From a virus (Duplodnaviria > Caudoviricetes): a stretch of DNA of 64,000 bases. Of this stretch, positions 42,911 to 50,618 are shown in pieces; the stretch's first letter is position 1, and each line of letters opens with the position of its first letter. The stretch lies in the IMG/VR virus record IMGVR_UViG_3300021181_000004; one strand, written 5' to 3'. A program made the position numbers and the translations under genes. Under the pieces are notes generated by a model. It had not been told where the DNA came from. It did no database searches and worked only from the letters and a program-made list of their open reading frames with translations.

Positions 42911-43084
42911 TTAGTAGGTGGCCCCGAATTCTTCCGCAACCCCAATAATCTCAGCAGCAATGAGAATAATTGCAGCCCACCAAAGAGAAATAGAATGAAG
43001 GATCATGGCGGTTTTTGCGATGTACCCGTATCCAGCGAATCTGATACCACTTTTGATGAAACTAATTAGGCTATGTTTTGTCAA
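42911..43084 (-). CDS. Small membrane protein, absent from the ORF track (57 aa)
   Basis: GAGGG RBS + TTG; KHSLISFIKSGIRFAGY...AAIILIAAEIIGVAEE recalls a widespread phage family. Confidence 0.6.
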   Translation of the reverse strand: MTKHSLISFIKSGIRFAGYGYIAKTAMILHSISLWWAAIILIAAEIIGVAEEFGATY

Positions 43085-43414
43085 TTTCAAACCCTCTACA
43101 GGGAGCGAATTACAGCTCCAACAACTAAATACTCTGCTTCTAGACCCAAGGAGGGATTCTTTATGAATTTCGCACTTTCCGATGGTTTTTTCACTTTAAA
43201 CCCAAGAGAGTTAACTCCAACAGAAATAGGCGTCTAGAGGAGGAGGTGGTCTTTAATCTACACCATGCTTCCGGAGGGAAGAGGAGCCGGGGCTAAGTGT
43301 GATTGGAAAGCACAGTGTTTGAACTGTGTTATTTTGTGGTTGAATTCTGGGGGATTAATGGACAATGAACTACTCCGTACTACCAAATCGTTAACCACTG
43401 GCGAAAATCAAGGT

Positions 43415-43786
43415 ATGAATAGCATTATTTTCTATCTACAAGAGGCAGCTCGGCATTCTTTACTTTGGATATGCGGGGTTATTGGCACTGTCGGGGCAGC
43501 AGCTGGCATTTGTATAGGTTTGATTAAATGGATGAATTCTACCTACAAACGAGGAACTCAACTCGTAGATGAGATCAGTAAGATCCAAAATATCAGCATC
43601 CAATCTAAAGAGACGGCCAGGGTTGTAGCTGATACAAAGTTAGCCGTTGATCTCATACAAACCAATCACCTTGCTCATTTAGAACAGGGCATCACAGATG
43701 TTGCACGTACAAATACAGAAATGGTTGACTTGCTGCGAGATGTTCGGGATGGGATCATTAAACTAGTGGACAGAGGCAGGGATTAG
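43415..43786 (+). CDS. Holin-like single-TM protein
   Basis: One hydrophobic helix followed by a coiled coil (HLAHLEQGI...IIKLVDR). Confidence 0.45.
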   Translation: MNSIIFYLQEAARHSLLWICGVIGTVGAAAGICIGLIKWMNSTYKRGTQLVDEISKIQNISIQSKETARVVADTKLAVDLIQTNHLAHLEQGITDVARTNTEMVDLLRDVRDGIIKLVDRGRD

Positions 43787-44099
43787 GTTTCCTCACCTGT
43801 GTCTGGACTGATGGGTCGAGGACGGTGATTCTTACGTCGGATTTTGCCGCCTTCAAATTCAACCCCGGCGTACATTGTAGAATTCTTGCGGTCAGGTTTC
43901 GTCCTCTTAATCAATTTTCCAATGCTGGCTTCTCGGCCTTGTTTCAAGTTTCTTCTTTCATTCCGACGACTCAATAATTTCCAGTCAGTGCCTAACTGCC
44001 CATTGTGTCCTTCTCCGCCGCAACTATTTGCCGGGGCAGGACGCTCGTTGTGCCGTCTGTTTCTTTGATTTGCTGGTGCGCGGTGATCGATTTGATTAC

Positions 44100-44825
44100 T
44101 CATATTGTGACAGTTCGTTCAAAATGAGCGGCCAATCCCGATTTCAAAACAACAGAAAAACCATCCGGCCCAATGTAGGTGCTTGACCCCTTGGTGCTGA
44201 ACATGGGTTCAATCGCAATTCGTTGTCCTGCTACTAAGGTATGATTCGGGAAATGCATTGAGTAGTTTGGAACGAATGGCTCCTCATGAAGCTCACTACT
44301 AATTCCGTGCCCACCATAGTTGTCAACAGGAACAAGATCGTATTTGCACGCTGTTTGCCAGATGGCTCGACCAATGTCGTTGGTGGTGTATCCCGGTTTT
44401 GCCATTTGGATACCCGCTTCGAGTGCTTCTCGCGTCCCTTTGAGTAGCTTCTTTGCTACCTTGCTAGCTTTACCCACAACAATCGTGAGTGCCCCATCAT
44501 CGTATTCCCCATTCATTTTCAGGCCCAAGTCTAGCGAAACGATATCTCCGTCTTCAAACGGTTTATTGGTAGGAACTCCATGAACAACAGTCTCGTTAAT
44601 ACTTACACAAAGGACGTTTGGAAAATTGTTGAAACCGAGGAATGCCGGTTCTGCCCCGAGTATTTCAATGCAATTTTTGGCCATACCGTCCAGGTCCAAT
44701 CCGGTACAACCCGGCGTCTGGGCCATGGGAATGAGGCTATGCAAGATTTTCTGCAATGGTGACTGCATCGGATCGTTTCTCTCCCTGAATGTACCAACGA
44801 ATAAGTGCGTCTTCGATTTCTTCAC
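44100..44825 (-). CDS. map: Methionine aminopeptidase, type I
   Basis: CVSINETVVHGVP, DIVSLDLG...DDGALT, GGHGIS..LHEEP, IAIEPM, AHFERTV. Confidence 0.92.
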   Translation of the reverse strand: MKKSKTHLFVGTFRERNDPMQSPLQKILHSLIPMAQTPGCTGLDLDGMAKNCIEILGAEPAFLGFNNFPNVLCVSINETVVHGVPTNKPFEDGDIVSLDLGLKMNGEYDDGALTIVVGKASKVAKKLLKGTREALEAGIQMAKPGYTTNDIGRAIWQTACKYDLVPVDNYGGHGISSELHEEPFVPNYSMHFPNHTLVAGQRIAIEPMFSTKGSSTYIGPDGFSVVLKSGLAAHFERTVTI

Positions 44826-45123
44826 AAGTGATATCCAGAGTTTCTACTGCCGGATTGGAGATAGAGCAGAAGTGGCCTCGTTCCTTTTGTAAAAAACGAA
44901 TAAGATCCACGAGCGGGAATTTTGAGGGCACATTGGCAAACAGTCGTTCCAGTGCGAGAGTTGCGGGACCCGATACTCCCGGCATGCCGTTGGGAGGAGG
45001 GACAATTTTTCTATTAGCAAGAACGAATTGGAAGAACTCTTTAACTTCCGGGACGTAGAGATTCATGTAGTAATGCGTATTGATCTCCGAATTGAGGACA
45101 CGAACTTCTGCGATGTTGGTCAT

Positions 45124-45389
45124 TTACGATGTTCTCACCGCTCGCTCAAATTTTTCCCATCTGTCTTCGCTGCTGAACATAGTGTTTGTGAGTAGTGTTT
45201 GCGGGCATTCGACTCCCATCGCAGCCTGAGAGTGTTGATCATAAAGTTTTATCCAAGGACCATGGAACCAGCCTAGTTTAGAATCATAGAGTAGAGCTCA
45301 ATGTGCGCTTCGGGATCAGCCCAGAAGGGTAAGCGCAGTTCTGAAATTTGCTGTTTTGTGGCTTCGTCTATAGTCATCTTTTCTCTCAT
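45124..45389 (-). pseudogene. Approximately 86-aa gene broken by a 5-bp tandem duplication (45287-45296)
   Basis: ATGA-coupled start at 45389. Removing one CTCTA copy gives ...AHIELYDSKLGWFHGPW... open to TAA at 45124. Confidence 0.65.
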
Positions 45390-45591
45390 TTAGTTTCGAA
45401 AAGAGGCGTGGCCCATTGACGAAATGTCTCACGGCTTCTCCCGCAGTTTTTGTTCTCGTTAACAGCTGCTGCGGCGATTTCTGCTTGGTTTTTGTCCTCG
45501 AAAGCCTCAATGTGGGAGTGAACAGCAACGCCGCCTTGATAGGAGCCCGACGTAACTGTCGTGGTAAACATCACTTTGTATTCCATGCTAT

Positions 45592-45621
45592 AAAATACGG
45601 AGGGGCTCCGTAAAACAGCTA
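45592..45621 (-). promoter_or_regulatory. Phage promoter motif TAGCTGTTT-N15-TATTTT; leaderless gene at 45586
   Basis: ATG lies 5 nt after the -10 hexamer; the site is just downstream of a terminator. Confidence 0.65.
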
Positions 45622-45633
45622 TTCAAAAAAGAA

Positions 45634-45655
45634 AGCCGGGGATTTCTCCCCGGCT
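45634..45655 (-). terminator. Intrinsic terminator
   Basis: AGCCGGGGA/TCCCCGGCT stem followed by TTCTTTTTT. Confidence 0.8.
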
Positions 45656-45681
45656 CATACTTCAAATGCAAACAGCCTTTG

Positions 45682-46323
45682 TTAGAACGTGTATTTCAAA
45701 CCACCGCCCACTTGAGTAACTGTGGGGCCGTTGTTGATTTGGTTGATGGAAATAGGAAGCAATGCATACAGATTCTTCGTCAACTGATATTGACTCTGCA
45801 ATTGATACACATGCTGTCCCGGGATGGTAGTGTCGGTGTCAAACTGATACGTGAAGATACTGCGGAACTTCCCCACCTGTACGCCGCCGCCAACAAAGGG
45901 GTTAGCCGTTGATGTAGCAGTGGAAACAAACTTCTTGAATTGGAATCCATCTGTGTTAATGGCCCAATTCGCTCCACCGCCGCCAAGAAACGTCACACTG
46001 CCCAACTTAGCAAACTTCAAATAGCCCTGCGCCTGAAGAATACCGCTGTAGCCATTGCTGCCTGTTCCCACAGCAACAGATGCTGTATTGAACACGCCGC
46101 TGGCGTCCAACAGGAGGTGCTGAGTGTTGACTTCCAAGCCCAGACCGACATTGTAATTCACGTTGGCCGAACTATTTGGGGAAGAGCTGATGGTGCCTTC
46201 AACATACGGCAAGAAACTGGTTGAAGGGGCATTGGGAACCTGGGTTTGTGCTGATGCCAATCCTACTGCAAGAACAAGTGTAAACAACAGTGCTGTGATA
46301 CGCTTCATTACGATTTTCTCCAT
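45682..46323 (-). CDS. Outer-membrane beta-barrel protein
   Basis: Signal peptide ending ASA, amphipathic strands, C-terminal GGGLKYTF. Confidence 0.75.
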   Translation of the reverse strand: MEKIVMKRITALLFTLVLAVGLASAQTQVPNAPSTSFLPYVEGTISSSPNSSANVNYNVGLGLEVNTQHLLLDASGVFNTASVAVGTGSNGYSGILQAQGYLKFAKLGSVTFLGGGGANWAINTDGFQFKKFVSTATSTANPFVGGGVQVGKFRSIFTYQFDTDTTIPGQHVYQLQSQYQLTKNLYALLPISINQINNGPTVTQVGGGLKYTF

Positions 46324-46612
46324 GGGCAGAAGCCCGTTTCATTTTGTGATACGAGTTTGAGTTTGGGCATTAACAGCCCATTCGAAGTTCTGATACTGTG
46401 AGCTTCCACTTTTCATGAATTCCGTCCCAATCAGATCTTACTTCAACCCAAGGCGAACGGCTAAACCGTGGCTCCCACGGAAGGCAGGTTTAATCCCTGC
46501 TGTTCAATAATACTACGGAAGTTGGAAAGTTGGAGATTTGGCAACTACAAGGTTGTAAGTCAATGGGCCAGAGAACACAAAATGCCCGGGATTCGGAATT
46601 CAGCAAGAGAAT

Positions 46613-46688
46613 TGGTGGACCCGGCTGGGTCCGTCCCAGCGTAGTCGCATCTTAAAAGGATGGTGCATATCAGCTCTGCCACGGGTCC
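46613..46688 (-). tRNA. tRNA-Lys(UUU), atypical T-loop
   Basis: GGACCCG/CGGGTCC-A-CCA; anticodon loop CTTTTAA; T-loop GACGGAC. Confidence 0.6.
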
Positions 46689-46695
46689 TCTTTTT

Positions 46696-46776
46696 TGGGA
46701 GGGGCAGCAGGATTTGAACCCGCGTTTTCAGTCCGCTACGATGCTCAGATTTAGAAAATCTGGTCGCTATGCCCCC
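46696..46776 (-). tRNA. Degenerate tRNA-like RNA: UCU (Arg) loop, D-arm missing
   Basis: GGGGGCA/TGCCCCT-C-CCA, canonical T-arm GCGGG-TTCAAAT-CCTGC, CAGAT-TTTCTAA-ATCTG arm only 7 nt after the acceptor stem. Confidence 0.45.
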
Positions 46777-47022
46777 ACTTCGAATTGGATTTACGTTTTC
46801 GTCTCATAAAATTTAGGCACTTCCCTCATGGAGAAAGTATCCAGCATAAAGACAGCAGCTACAGCCGCATCCTGCATCGTTAATATCTCCGGTTGTACTA
46901 TCCGGAACAGGTGCTCCTACAGCTATCTTATGAGCACGATGCTTGTTCCAGATGCGTTCAACTAATGCCCGTGCTTCGTCTGCATCTTCACGCGGAATAA
47001 ACATGTCTATTCTCCTTGATAC

Positions 47023-47098
47023 TGGTAGTCCCGTCCGGGTATGATCCGGAATTTCAAGTTTAGGAAACTAGTGTCCTGTCCATTTGGACGACGGAACC
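47023..47098 (-). tRNA. tRNA-Arg(CCU), atypical T-loop
   Basis: Loop TTCCTAA; T-loop ATCATAC; CCA encoded. Confidence 0.8.
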
Positions 47099-47104
47099 AA
47101 ATTT

Positions 47105-47180
47105 TGGTAGGGACGGTAGGCAACGATCCTACACCCTCTCGGGTCAGAGCCGAGTGCACCGCCAATTGTGCTACGTCCCT
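47105..47180 (-). tRNA. tRNA-Gln(CUG), atypical T-loop
   Basis: CTCGG-CTCTGAC-CCGAG; T-loop ATCGTTG; CCA encoded. Confidence 0.85.
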
Positions 47181-47248
47181 AAAGACCTCTCAATTATGCG
47201 CATCGCTTGCATCGCTACAAGGCTAGGCGTGAGAGGTTTATTCAAGAA

Positions 47249-47266
47249 GGGGAACCGAAGTTCCCC
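47249..47266 (-). terminator. Terminator-like hairpin after the HNH gene
   Basis: GGGGAAC-TTCG-GTTCCCC followed by TTCTT. Confidence 0.65.
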
Positions 47267-47274
47267 AACTTTAA

Positions 47275-47847
47275 TCAAGGCTCTAGAGCTATGTTCCAAT
47301 AGCTCCAAGCGCCATTTTCTGCGTCCTTCCAACGCATGTATTCAGTCCATTCCGGGCGGAACTTCTTGCCCAGTCGCAACTTGAAGTTGAAGCGTGGATC
47401 ATTGACCTTTGGTTCTACTGGCGTTTTCCGTAGAGCCATACCAGCCTGAGCAGGAGTACGTCCATCCTTATCGTGGTTGCATTCTGCGCAAGCTAGAACC
47501 GTGTTTTTCCAAGTTGTAGTTCCACCTTGAGAACGCGGAATCACGTGGTCCAAGGTGTACTCACTTGTTTGCAGGATATAGCCACAATACTGACAACGGC
47601 TTTCGTCCCGAATCGCGATGTTACGCCGAGTGCAAGGTACAGCAACGCGCTTACGACGAACCCAAGCGTTCTTAACGACGATAACACGGGGCATACCCAT
47701 TGTCATGGAAGGGGAACGAAGGACACGACCTCCTTCATCTTCTTTGATTACCTGAGCACGGCCCTCCCATACGAGTTTTACAGCTTCCATCCAGCTGCAA
47801 GTATGCTGGGGTTGCCAGTACATATCTAGTACCAGTGTATCGTGCAC
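47275..47847 (-). CDS. HNH endonuclease (McrA-like)
   Basis: RRNIAIRDESRCQYCG...TLDHVIPRSQGG..TWKNTVLACAECNHDK. Confidence 0.9.
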   Translation of the reverse strand: MHDTLVLDMYWQPQHTCSWMEAVKLVWEGRAQVIKEDEGGRVLRSPSMTMGMPRVIVVKNAWVRRKRVAVPCTRRNIAIRDESRCQYCGYILQTSEYTLDHVIPRSQGGTTTWKNTVLACAECNHDKDGRTPAQAGMALRKTPVEPKVNDPRFNFKLRLGKKFRPEWTEYMRWKDAENGAWSYWNIALEP

Positions 47848-48082
47848 AAAATTCCTCCCTACTTAGAAGTTGCAAAAGCCTTTTTCTGCTCTTCCGGATA
47901 CCACAATACCCAGTGCTTGTCTGTTGCATTCCAGATCCTGAGAGATGCCTCGGGATACTGTCTTACATAATCCTGAGCACGCTGCTTCGCGATCTCTTCA
48001 TTGGGAGCCGTGTCGATAGTGTATGACAAGTCTCCTCGAAAGTGTTTCTTGATCTCAAACAGCATTGCTAACTCCTTAAACT

Positions 48083-48195
48083 ATCTTGGTGGAATCGAAC
48101 CACGCCCCGACGTTCATCTGCAATTCCCGCCGTTATTCCCCTCATTACTCACCAGAGTCAGAAGACGACGGAAGTTGCAGCTTCATTCGTCGCCC
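48083..48195 (-). ncRNA. Candidate structured RNA with a loop-loop kiss and a T-loop-like hairpin
   Basis: Stems GGCGACG/CGTCGTC and CGGCG/CGTCG; loops CTGCAA and TTGCAG are complementary; GTGG-TTCGATT-CCAC. Confidence 0.5.
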
Positions 48196-48401
48196 ACTTG
48201 AGGGCTGAAAACTAAAATTTCTGAGGATAAGTAAGCTGCCGTCTTGGTTCTACAACAACTTCACCGCAAGACTTCTTTTTGTCAGAGCTACAAATGCAGA
48301 TCAAGTTCTTCTTACTCAGGCGCTTGTAGACTTCCAGCATGTCGGCATTCTCAAATTCAATTAACATAATTCTCCATTCACCCGTAATCTACGGTCAATC
48401 T

Positions 48402-48478
48402 TGGTGCGCCGGGTGGGACTTGAACCCACAACCCTTCGGTTAAGAGCCGAGAGCTCTGCCAATTTGAGCTACCGACGC
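48402..48478 (-). tRNA. tRNA-Lys(CUU)
   Basis: Canonical cloverleaf, loop CTCTTAA, CCA. Confidence 0.95.
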
Positions 48479-48533
48479 AAATAAATTTATCATGAACCTC
48501 CCTAGTACCTAGGGTACTAGGGAGTCACGGAAG

Positions 48534-48606
48534 CTGACGAGGAGGGAGTTGAACCCTCTGAGGGCGGTTTAACAGACCGCTACAGTCACCGTGCTGTGCC
48601 TCGCCA
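48534..48606 (-). tRNA. tRNA-Asn(GUU)
   Basis: U1-A72, G73, GCGGT-CTGTTAA-ACCGC; CCA not encoded. Confidence 0.88.
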
Positions 48607-48611
48607 ATCTC

Positions 48612-48691
48612 TGGTGGGGACGGGAGGAATTTAACCAACGCCCTTCCTCTGCTCTAGAACAGAGGCTGCTCCTTCTCCGAGCTGCGTCCCC
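48612..48691 (-). tRNA. Atypical tRNA-like RNA with an 8-nt anticodon loop (TTCTAGAG) and a degenerate T-stem
   Basis: GGGGACG/CGTCCCC-A-CCA; GCTC/GAGC D-stem; CCTCTG/CAGAGG stem. Confidence 0.5.
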
Positions 48692-48700
48692 TTCAAAACT

Positions 48701-48775
48701 TGGTGGGCGAGGAAGGGAATTAAACCCTCCGACCTCCTGCTCATCGCAGGTGCTCTAACACTGAGCTACACGCCC
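48701..48775 (-). tRNA. Atypical tRNA-like RNA (Ala/Val-like body, 5-nt loop GATGA)
   Basis: GGGCGTG acceptor, TAGCTCAG D-arm, CCTGC/GCAGG stem, AGGTC variable loop, CCA. Confidence 0.5.
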
Positions 48776-48776
48776 A

Positions 48777-48860
48777 TGGCTGCGGCAAAAGGATTTGAAC
48801 CTCTACAAGGGAAGCGATCGCGAAACCGCTTGAACCTGCCATCACCGAGGACGGGCCGCA
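48777..48860 (-). tRNA. Degenerate tRNA-like RNA (loop TTCGCG)
   Basis: TGCGGC/GCCGCA-G-CCA and T-arm AGAGG-TTCAAAT-CCTTT; middle irregular. Confidence 0.4.
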
Positions 48861-48869
48861 ATAAAAATT

Positions 48870-48923
48870 TGGTGACCGCTTTGGCTTTCAACCGACCTCA
48901 TCTTGCGACAAGACCAGCGGTCA
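48870..48923 (-). ncRNA. 54-nt CCA-ended mini-tRNA-like RNA
   Basis: TGACCGCT/AGCGGTCA-CCA enclosing two short hairpins. Confidence 0.5.
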
Positions 48924-49008
48924 GCAGCCCTACTCCTGGATTTCACGACGTTCCGTTGATCAGACGTCTATCAGTTTTGGGTCTGGAGCCGTTACCAGTT
49001 CATAAATT

Positions 49009-49064
49009 TGGTGAATGCCCCGCCCTTTCGGACGACATTTCCTAAGCCTTACGGCTTGGCACTC
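49009..49064 (-). ncRNA. 56-nt CCA-ended three-way-junction RNA with two GNRA loops
   Basis: GAGTGCC/GGCATTC-A-CCA; AAGCC-GTAA-GGCTT; TCGTCC-GAAA-GGGCGG. Confidence 0.6.
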
Positions 49065-49115
49065 AATAATCGAACTTCCACTGTCATGAGTAGAGTGCTA
49101 CTCAATGAGGTTCGA

Positions 49116-49709
49116 ATGCTAAACTGCGAAAACTGTACTCTAGAACATGACGGCTCCTACGGGAGCGGACGGTTCTGTAACTCCAAATGTGCTCGTGGCT
49201 TCAGTACAAAAGCTAAAAGAACACAGATAAATCAAATTGTGAGCCGAAAACTTCAGGGTTATAAACCCGTTGTTTCTTTTCAGATTGGCCACAAATTCGT
49301 GGGACGCCCCAAACTTCTATCTTTAGAACAAACCCGTCAATTTCTTTCCCCCGAATATCGGGAAAATATGTCTCAAGTCCTAACCAAACACTACGCTCAA
49401 AAACTCCAAAAAGCTGCTAAAAACTGGTTAGCTGGAGTTCCTTTTCTTCTTTCTTCAAAAGGACGTAATCTTTGGTCCCTAAAAAGAATGGTTATCCTCA
49501 TTAGAGGAAATCGTTGTGAAAATTGCGGTTGGTGTAAAATTCATCCCATCACCGGCAATGTTCCCGTACAACTGCATCATGAAGATGGCGATCACTCCAA
49601 TAATGCTCCTGACAATGTTAAACTTCTTTGCCCCAACTGCCACTCACTTACTCCTAATTACATGGCACTCAATAAAGGAGCAACATGTCCGGGCAAACGT
49701 TATAATTAA
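49116..49709 (+). CDS. HNH homing endonuclease inserted antisense within the tRNA cluster
   Basis: CENCG...VQLHHEDGDHSNNAPDNVKLLCPNCHS; GAGG RBS before ATG 49116. Confidence 0.9.
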   Translation: MLNCENCTLEHDGSYGSGRFCNSKCARGFSTKAKRTQINQIVSRKLQGYKPVVSFQIGHKFVGRPKLLSLEQTRQFLSPEYRENMSQVLTKHYAQKLQKAAKNWLAGVPFLLSSKGRNLWSLKRMVILIRGNRCENCGWCKIHPITGNVPVQLHHEDGDHSNNAPDNVKLLCPNCHSLTPNYMALNKGATCPGKRYN

Positions 49710-49711
49710 AA

Positions 49712-49788
49712 TGGTGTTCCCGGAGGGATTTGAACCCCCAACCTCATGGTTCGTAGCCATGCGCTCTGTCCAGTTGCGCTACGGGAAC
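49712..49788 (-). tRNA. tRNA-Arg(ACG)
   Basis: Canonical; CATGG-CTACGAA-CCATG. Confidence 0.95.
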
Positions 49789-49795
49789 TAAAATC

Positions 49796-49873
49796 TGGTG
49801 CTCATGGCTGGATTCGAACCAGCGACCTTTCCCTTCGGAGGGGAATGCGCTTATTCCGCTGCGCTACACGAGC
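49796..49873 (-). tRNA. tRNA-Arg(CCG)
   Basis: Canonical; TTCCC-CTCCGAA-GGGAA. Confidence 0.95.
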
Positions 49874-49940
49874 ACATTAACCCCCTGAACCTTTTCGGCC
49901 TCGCTGCAGCGAGCGGTTTTCGGCTATCCGTCTGCCATTC

Positions 49941-50017
49941 TTGACCCGATAGGGAGTCAGAGCCTTAGTTCTGACCTGTGGAGCATTTCTGCTCCGCTTT
50001 CATCTCGCTCGGGTCAA
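49941..50017 (-). ncRNA. Candidate multi-stem RNA between tRNAs
   Basis: TTGACCCGA/TCGGGTCAA closing stem; GGAGCA-GAAA-TGCTCC; GTCAGA/TCTGAC. Confidence 0.5.
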
Positions 50018-50029
50018 CACGAGCAATCT

Positions 50030-50116
50030 TGGCTGGCAAGGAGGGACTCGAACCCCCAGAGGCTTTCGCCACTGCATTAACAGTGCAGCCCGCTACCAAT
50101 TACGGTTTACATGCCA
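50030..50116 (-). tRNA. tRNA-Asn(GUU) with a long variable arm
   Basis: U1-A72, G73; CTGCA-CTGTTAA-TGCAG; variable arm GGC-GAAA-GCC. Confidence 0.85.
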
Positions 50117-50127
50117 ACACTAAAACT

Positions 50128-50208
50128 TGGGGTGGCATCCGGGAGTTGAACCCGGCAGAAGACAGTTTCACAGACTGCTGGAACATTCCCAGAGTTCCCA
50201 ATGCCACC
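50128..50208 (-). tRNA. tRNA-His(GUG)
   Basis: G-1, C73, loop CTGTGAA. Confidence 0.92.
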
Positions 50209-50225
50209 ACATTACAACTAAACTT

Positions 50226-50300
50226 TGGCAGGGGCGGAGGGATTTGAACCCCCAAGTTCCGTTTTGGAGACGGACAGTTTGCCGTTGAGCTTACACCCCT
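50226..50300 (-). tRNA. tRNA-Trp(CCA)
   Basis: Canonical; TCCGT-CTCCAAA-ACGGA; G73. Confidence 0.95.
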
Positions 50301-50400
50301 GTACTATCTCTGTTGGTTGTCTTTGGGAAACCCCTGTACTATCTCTGTTGGTTGTCTTTGGGAAACCCCTGTACTATCTCTGTTGGTTGTCTTTGGGAAA
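50296..50400. repeat. 35-bp perfect tandem repeat x3 abutting the tRNA-Trp 5' end
   Basis: cccctgtactatctctgttggttgtctttgggaaa at 50296, 50331 and 50366. Confidence 0.97.
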
Positions 50401-50463
50401 CTCACTGACCGTTGGATGGAATCTTCATCAGGCACCCGAATCACTACCGAACAGAGAAAGCGA

Positions 50464-50541
50464 TTACCGCTTTCGCCACTGGCGATTAGCTGGGTGTTTA
50501 TGCCCGCCAATCTGATTCGTATTGTGCTGTCTGAAAATCAT
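50464..50541 (-). CDS. Putative leader peptide 2 (25 aa, MIFRQHNTNQIGGHKHPANRQWRKR)
   Basis: Lies between the promoter and the tRNA cluster; 16 of 24 non-start codons are R/Q/H/N/K/W. Confidence 0.7.
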   Translation of the reverse strand: MIFRQHNTNQIGGHKHPANRQWRKR

Positions 50542-50618
50542 GTCAGTTCACTGTGAGCCTTTGCAGGTGCCGATTCGCACTTTACAAGTGTACACGACCT
50601 ATCCTGTGGCTCATTTGC

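Noticed and set aside
46330-46500. Riboswitch upstream of the outer-membrane protein gene
   Set aside because: Only a few short independent hairpins (GCAGG/CCTGC, CCGTGG/CCACGG, GGGC/GCCC); no recognisable aptamer or expression platform.
47184-47237. Third leader/attenuator before tRNA-Gln and tRNA-Arg(CCU)
   Set aside because: An ACCTCTC/GAGAGGT hairpin and a short ORF exist, but the ORF runs into the tRNA, lacks an SD and a codon run, and no terminator follows.
48083-48110. tRNA or second tmRNA at the GGTTCGATTCC motif
   Set aside because: No acceptor stem, anticodon arm or tag frame; kept as an unclassified structured RNA.
46696-48691. Amber suppressor / tRNA-Pyl calls for 46696-46776 and 48612-48691
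   Set aside because: CUA is centred only by assuming 9-nt or 8-nt loops, and the bodies do not match tRNA-Pyl. No convincing in-frame TAG gene was found.
50296-50400. 35-bp repeat x3 as a CRISPR array
   Set aside because: The copies are contiguous with no spacers, and no cas genes are present; it is a tandem duplication.
50420-50480. Hammerhead ribozyme (GAAA...CTGATGA)
   Set aside because: The core words are present but stem I cannot form between the putative cleavage site and CTGATGA; the region is better explained by the leader structures.
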